This document shows, piece by piece, positions 57,031 through 64,000 of a stretch of DNA of 64,000 nt (its first letter is position 1; each line of letters opens with the position of its first letter). Both the position numbers and the translations under genes were made by a program. The notes beneath the pieces are model-generated. The model searched no databases. It was not told the DNA's origin and worked only from the letters and a program-made list of their open reading frames with translations. This DNA comes from Paragordius varius (Eukaryota; Animalia; Nematomorpha): NCBI GenBank assembly GCA_964247055.1, contig OZ176051.1, forward strand, positions 10,106,001-10,170,000, in the 5' to 3' direction.

Positions 57031-58811
57031 AACTTATTTTTATTAGATTTATTAGAAAATTAGATTTATAAATATTTTAATAAATTCGTAGTTATTGGGT
57101 TTTGTAGAATTATATACCAGTAAGTATGTATCGTAATTTTTTTATAAGTTTTTTAAGTATCAGCTTTTGTCTATCATTCATTAAAAATATATGACTAAGT
57201 GTAGAATGTCTTAGATAATTTAAGATTTCGAACTGAACATAAAATACAATTAATTTTATTTTAGGAATATTACCTTTTAAGGTATATCCCAGAGCGATTT
57301 GAAATTTGAATATCATTAAAACAATATAAAGCCGAATTTAAAATTATACTTTCTTTAGTCATTTGAACGCATCATTCATTTAAATTTTTTTAAAAGTGTA
57401 AAAAAAATCCTTAGCTCAAACTGTTTTGCTTTCATTTTTTTATATTCCTACTGCAACAGGCACATAAATGTATATATTAACTTTAGCTGTCATATATTTT
57501 GCCAGAAAAAAACAAGAATATTGATTTTAATATCAGCTTTTCGTTTCGATCGTGTTTTGGAGCTGTCCCATAGATCCCAAAACACAAAACTGAAAAACTT
57601 TTATATTTAATACATAACAATGTTGATAATTAAATTTATAACTGGAATAAATTTTGAAAATGTGGTTTTACATTGAGCCCTGGGATATAAAACTTCCCTA
57701 AGTAAACTAGTACAAAAAATTGAAAAGGTTATAGAGTGTTAACACTTCATTCCATTTTATTTTACGAGATGACATTTTGGGAACTTTTCTACCACAGAGT
57801 TTAAACTAGTAATAACTACCTGATAATAATTTAATATTAATCACCTGTATTGTATAAAAACATTTTAGATTTTTGAACTTCTTGTGTTAAATAGTTGGAT
57901 ATCTCTTAACCTGAAATGAACATATGATATTAACATCAATAAATTTTAACTATTTGCTTATTTAAAATTAATTACTTACATATTTTAACCATACACATAT
58001 ATTACTCTAGCATTAGTTCTAGATAAAAAATGGCGGCGAAAGAGTTTAAGATCAGGATTTTTCCAATTTTAAATTTTTTAAAGAAATTATTTGTATCATG
58101 CGCCTAAAAGACTAGGTATATATTAAATATAACTTAATCCAAAAATATTTATTACGTTGGTATAAAACTACCCTATGGTCATGAAGTATCAACGCTTACC
58201 TTTAGCTGTTATGAACATTTAAAAAATAATAATATTCATTAGTTTAATTTTAAACATCTGTGTAGTCTTTGTTATCTGGCTTATTTACACAAGCCATAGA
58301 TTAATGTAACACCAATATTGGTTTAATTATATGAGATATTCCTATTAGTGTGAATTTAGTATCAATCTGAAAAATCAATAATTATATTAGCTTTACCACG
58401 CATTTTTCGAAAAATTTAAATTAAAATAAGGTGAAATTTGGCAGCTACGTAATTTTTTTATTAAATATTAAAATAGTAATTAATTAGAGCGAATTGGAAA
58501 GCTATCTTTAAAGATAAATTGGCATTCTTAGTTTAACGTTGACCAGTATTTAATGTCATATTGAGATTTAGAATTAAACCGCTACAATAGATACATTAAT
58601 CAAACCAATCAAAATAGCTTAATATGCTGCTAAGACCATGGCTGAGTACCAAACGATTTTATAAGGAAATGTTTGGTTTCATTTAAGTTTATCGCAAAAA
58701 TTTGGTTCTAGATATTTTTGAAACAATCCAAAATTCATTCGAAATCACAATTATTTTCATATCTCGTAAACAGATGTGAATTTTAAAATAAACAATAACT
58801 TTGGGTATTTA

Positions 58812-58937
58812 CAGTAGGCATTTTAATGGTTGCTTATTATCAAGGGCAATTCGCTGCAACACTGGGATTATGGAAAAAAGATAGGAAATAATTATTTATT
58901 CAAAATTTTGTTGTTTAAGCAACCATTAAAATGCAAT
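58812..58937. mobile_element. MITE family D copy
   Basis: CAGTAGGCATTTTAATGGTTGCTTA...TAAGCAACCATTAAAATGCA. Confidence 0.6.
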
Positions 58938-59946
58938 ATTTTTTTGCTGAAAATGGAGCGCTTTATGTCTACGACAGACTTTAATAATTTTATTAAATCA
59001 TTTCCACAAATTATGCACCAGAAATAAAAAAAAATTTGATAAAAATATATTTTTATTCTTTAAACTCAATGAAATCATAAAAACATTAATATTTAAGAGC
59101 AAAATGTTTAATAAATAAAATTATTGGAATCATTTAAAAATAGACATGTAAATTTAAAATAGCTTTCTTGAATATCTTTACACTTTTAACACTCCGTTAT
59201 CTATTGGGTAATTTAAATATCTAAAAACTATTAAAAGTGACAAATTAAAATATATGCTTTCCTTAGCCTTTTAGCACATTTTACATAGAAATTTTCACAA
59301 AAAATGAAGTCCCTCAAACTTTTTCGCCGTCATTCTTTTTAAAATTTGTTATGAATCATCCATTATGGTTGGGACATGTTTATAAATAACATTAATTTTT
59401 TTCAGGCTTTTGCCAGAAAATTGATTATTAATTTTAATATCAGCTGTTCGTTTGTGTTTGGAAGTATGGCAATCAATTTTACATTGAAAGTCACAAACTT
59501 AAAGTCTAAGCCAATGTTAGATAATTATTAACCAAAATACTTTGATTACTCTTGTTTTTTAAACCTATATTCCGACATATAAATGCCTAAGGATGTGGCT
59601 CTTAACTTCGTGATAATTATATATCACAAAATGGAGAAAAATTTTCAAAAGACGCAAATAGAAACAGTATTGAGCGCGTTAAGATATTATAAAATCATAA
59701 TACTATCTAATAATGCGGATCATTTTAATTACCTCTAATTTTTTAAAGCTCGTTCGATAATTTTGGGGATTGTAAAAAAACAAAAACTTAATATATATTT
59801 ATTTAATGATGTGTCGTTGCAAAAAATCAATCCAATATTTATGTCAATAAAATAAGGTAATTGAAACAATTAAAAATATTTAAAACACCTTAATTTGTTA
59901 AAAATATTTCAACTGCGTTTATGTTTTTGCCAATAACACATGGGCT

Positions 59947-62900
59947 ATGCATGGCCCTATAGCTGATTCTTCAAATTCACTAAACGTTTTTATTGGGAGC
60001 AGAGTGGTCAGAGGGCCGAATTGGAACTGGGGAAAACAAGATGGTGGTGAAGGGTTTGTTGGAACGATTAGACAATTTGAATCATGTTCCGAAGTTTTGG
60101 TGATATGGGATCATGGCACTGCAGCCAACTATCGATGCCTTCATCAATACGATTTACGAATATTGGATAGCGGTCCCGCAGGTATATTAATTTTTAAAAA
60201 TAAGGCATATGTCATGAGAAAATTAGTTGCACATCATGTCATTCCCAGCCCATATACGGAACACGATGGAAGTGCGCTGAATGTAATAATTACGATTTAT
60301 GCTCTTTATGTTATCATAACGATAAACATAATTGTCGACATCGCTTTTTCCGAATAGTTCAACCAAAAAGCGAAAAGTAATTGTTTTACTTTGTTTTATT
60401 ACAATGATACTTTTATATAATAATAATAATATCACGTTTTTAATATCATATTTTAATTGTTTAATGTTGGATATTAGGTGTTTTAGTTAACTTTGTTTTA
60501 ATATAGGAAAAAAAAATTATTTATGAAAACGTTTGATTTACTATTTAAATCTCAAAACGATTCAATATTACCCCTAAAAATTTTAAATTCACATTAAAAT
60601 AAATGTATTTTTGAGTATATTACCTATGTTTTATATTCTTGATCAATGAAATTAATTAACATAATACAGAAAAAATAAATCATACCATAAATAAATATTT
60701 TACAATAATGATAAATAATATCAACCTAAAATCATATATTTTGGGGTAAATTTAAAAATAACAGTTGTAAAATCGGTATTATGATGATAATCGAAAATTA
60801 AATAGAAATTAATTGAAAGATAAATTATAAACAGAAATCATAAACTATATGTGAAACCCTTTCGTCAATAGTAATCATAGACTAGTTTCGTGCTTGTTAG
60901 CACTCGTCAGTACGACACAACTATTTGACTTGGGGTTCACTCATATCGATTTCGTATATTTCAGTTTATTTTCGAATTTTAAGTTTAATTTTCATAAATG
61001 TCATTTAAATTTAATTTAAATTCGTATAACCGACTGCATTTATACCAAAATTGCAAAGTTGGATATATATACGAAATCGATATGTGTGAACCCCAAGTCA
61101 AATAGTTGTGTCGTACTGATGAGTGCTAACAAGCACGAAACTAGTCTGCGATTACTATTGACGAACGGGTTTCACATATTGTTTATAATTTCTGTTTCTA
61201 AATTTATCTTTCAATTAATTTCTATATTTTCGATTATCATTATAATACGGATTTTACAACTGTTATGTAAATAAGTTTGAAAAGGGAATTGTTTGATGGT
61301 GAGTATATTTTAAGGGCAAATTTCGGATATAATAATTTGGGTGTAAATTGTATACTTTAATGTACTTATCTGTTTTTTTCTGAAAAAAATATTTTTATGT
61401 CATAAACTTGCTTAAAACATTTATTTAGGTTATTTAAAGAACCCATTTTACAATGCGTCAAAAATGTTATATTCTATGTGCTTATATATTAAATTAAATG
61501 GCTATAGATGTTGTTTTAATTTTCTAGCTTTTGAGTTATTATTAGACAAAACATTCTTTCGTTAAAAAATATTTTATGCGTTTGAAAAGGGAATATCTTT
61601 CTTAAATGACTCTTAAGCTTCAAAAGCAAAAGAACCATGGTAATTCTGTTTTATTTTTTGCACTAAATTTAACTTATCAAATTAATTTTTTATGTGCCTA
61701 TTGTAGAGGATAAAATGTGTTCTTTCATTTTTTTCAAATGGATTTTGAACATACATGTCCTAATTAAAAGAATATTGATTATTTGTACCGTTAGTTTTTA
61801 AATGTTTGAGGCTCTAAAACAATGGTTTCCCAACATTTTTGTTCAAAGACCACCAAATTAAAAATGAAAATTCTTGCGCCGCCTATCCAAGATTAAATAT
61901 CTAAAATATATTATCATATTATAAAACCAATCAATGAGATCCTTATATCTGTATTTTTTATTATATTTTTCTCATATTGGTGACAAATAATGATATTTGC
62001 ACCTGAAATTCTTCGATTTCTATTTATTTTTTAATTAAATTAATCAAATTTTTCGCCCCCCCCCCTTAAATTTTTCTACGTCGCCCTTTTGAAAACCACT
62101 GCTCTAAAGACAGATTAAATGATAATTTGCGTGAAAAAATTGTGTTAACGCCATATAAGATAAAACAATATAAAAAATGCACAGCGCAGATGAATATCCG
62201 TATTTCGATTTATTCATTATAAGGCTTATAATCTATTTATAAAAATGAGAACTGTTTAATTAAAACCCACGTTTTTAATAATAATAGCAATTTTAAAGTT
62301 TTACTAAATTTTTCCATTGTAAAATTATCGTAGGGGTAGGTAAAAATTTACCTTGATAAAGTGTCAAATTCACTCATGTTTAAATATAAAATTATTAGGT
62401 GATCACTACATGCCACTTAGTTAAACTAATTCAGAATATTGGACTAAAAATTAAAAGTCTATAAACATATATTAAGCAATAGTTTTTATAATATTTTGTT
62501 TAAAGTATTATTTTGTAAAGATTAATCCTTATGAAAAAGATTGATTTAATATTAATTATGCTTACCACGCCCTGATAATTTTGATTATTATCAATAAACC
62601 CAGTTTAAATGTGCATGGCCTTTTATTAATATTTTTTATTGACCAAAAATATATCTTTACTATTTACAACTCAAATATATCAGTATGCTGGTTTATGTCC
62701 ATTTAAATGACCTTTATATTAAAAAATCCTTAATCTATATGTTTGGATTTTATTTAAATACCGAAGGCTCTACTATGTCCATGGCTATCCTTGCAACGAT
62801 TTTATTGCCGATGATATTGAATATAAATAGAATCTGCCTTTTAGTATATTTTTTAAATGAAAATAGCAGAAATTATAACTTGAAATGATTTAGTATTTTA

Positions 62901-63638
62901 CCACTTTTTTCTCTGGTTGTTCGAATTTACGAAATAGCTCCGGTTTCCTAGTTTTTTCGCAAAATAATTTTGAAAGTTCATTGTATTGGGGTCAATGGTT
63001 TTTTTAAACTAAATTAATTTATAATTAAAAAATAGTCAAAAATTATGAATCTTTTGACTTGGCAATATTACGACTGTGTGATACCATTTTCTATAAAGTC
63101 CAATAAAACACAATTTTATAAATTAAAGTAAGGCTAAAATATATTTAAACGATTCCGACAATAGATAGATATCGTCATACTGCTCTAGAAAATTAACGTG
63201 TTATATTTATATTTTTATATTATATGTTTAAACTATTTGACAAATATGTTATATAATATTTGTCATCAAATTCACCTTGTTATTTTCAAATTTATCTTTG
63301 TTAATCATTTTTATTTGAGATTCCCCTTTTTTTAGCAAATTTTTGCTAGTATCATATTTATCCATAATTAAAAAAGAAACGAAATTCTCTGCACCCTTTT
63401 TATATTATTTATAAAGATAAAATAGTTCTTTATGACTGACTCATAGTTAGCCGTGTCTATATTTTTCCTTTTTTTTACAATATCATAGGATATTGATGGA
63501 ACCACGTAAGAAATCGAAAAAAGCCAAAATAATAGCTAAAGGACTCTTCTCTGGTGCCAAAGTTGTTCGAGGTGTGGATTGGAAATGGGGCATTCAGGAT
63601 GGAACGCAAACACCTAAAACAACTACAACTGATGAATT
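59947..63638 (+). CDS. MIB1: Mind bomb E3 ubiquitin ligase, 5' part (exons 59947-60181, 60205-60376, 63489-63638; continues beyond window)
   Basis: MIB/HERC2 domain [31 protein letters not shown]; ZZ finger [34 protein letters not shown]; second MIB/HERC2 [17 protein letters not shown]. Confidence 0.93.
60875..60915 (-). ncRNA. Minimal type I hammerhead ribozyme, family 2, intact core
   Basis: Reverse complement TCGTA-CTGACGA-GTGCT-aaca-AGCAC-GAAA-CTAGTC-TATGA. Confidence 0.85.
61111..61151 (+). ncRNA. Minimal type I hammerhead ribozyme, family 2, intact core
   Basis: TCGTA-CTGATGA(61116-61122)-GTGCT-aaca-AGCAC-GAAA-CTAGTC-TGCGA; GUC cleavage predicted after 61146; stem III palindrome ACTAGT. 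Confidence 0.88.
61820..62101. mobile_element. hAT-Charlie MITE in MIB1 intron 2, 282 bp
   Basis: TIR CAATGGTTTCCCAA / TTGAAAACCACTG; TSD CTCTAAAA/CTCTAAAG. Confidence 0.75.
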
Positions 63639-64000
63639 GTATGTATTTATTAGTTCGATTGGAATTATTTAAATATTTTGCAATAATATTTGATTTTGTT
63701 TAAAACATGAATTATATCGATAACTACACATGTAATCTCTGTTGAATGTAATAAAATAAAAATATAAAATAGGCACAATACAGTGGACTCTTATACACTG
63801 ACTCTTTTCTCCCTTATAAAGTGTTTGTTAATAAATAGGACTTATACTATAATTTGATTATGGTGATTATTATGCACTTTTTTGATATTGGAATCTGGCA
63901 CTATTTCCTTAGTCATAATAGTTAAGTTGAAAACATTCTGTAGAGAATTATGTAGTTTAGTGATTAGAACCGTTTAATAATTCAAAGTGTTTGATGCCTA

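Larger units (their letters stand above)
60758..61266. repeat. Fold-back inverted repeat (~200-bp arms 60758-60959 / 61067-61266) in MIB1 intron 2, each arm with a hammerhead
   Basis: ataacagttgtaaaatc...tcgatttcgtatat is the inverse of atatacgaaatcga...ttttacaactgttat. Confidence 0.88.

Overview
Very AT-rich animal genomic DNA (invertebrate-like; taxon cannot be determined from sequence alone). Four conserved genes could be spliced by hand: a glass-type C2H2 zinc-finger gene, 26S proteasome ATPase PSMC5/Rpt6 (13 exons), HACD/PHS1 (7 exons, head-to-head with PSMC5) and the 5' part of Mind bomb (MIB1-like). A fifth conserved gene, a GT31 galactosyltransferase, is a single exon. There are also several unrecognised multi-exon genes, one with a chain of symmetric micro-exons. 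Mobile DNA includes a 5'-truncated Ty3/gypsy, a full-length decayed hAT element with perfect 8-bp TSD, many MITEs (hAT-, Tc1/mariner-, piggyBac- and CMC-like) and a probable Helitron with an internal tandem array. The most striking observation is two unrelated families of minimal type I hammerhead ribozymes with palindromic stem III and long extended stem I. They sit in fold-back inverted repeats at 5.2-6.7 kb and 60.8-61.3 kb; the latter pair has intact cores and lies inside a MIB1 intron. Also notable are many 21-29 nt spliceosomal introns alongside kb-sized introns. All coordinates and alignments were derived by eye, without tools.
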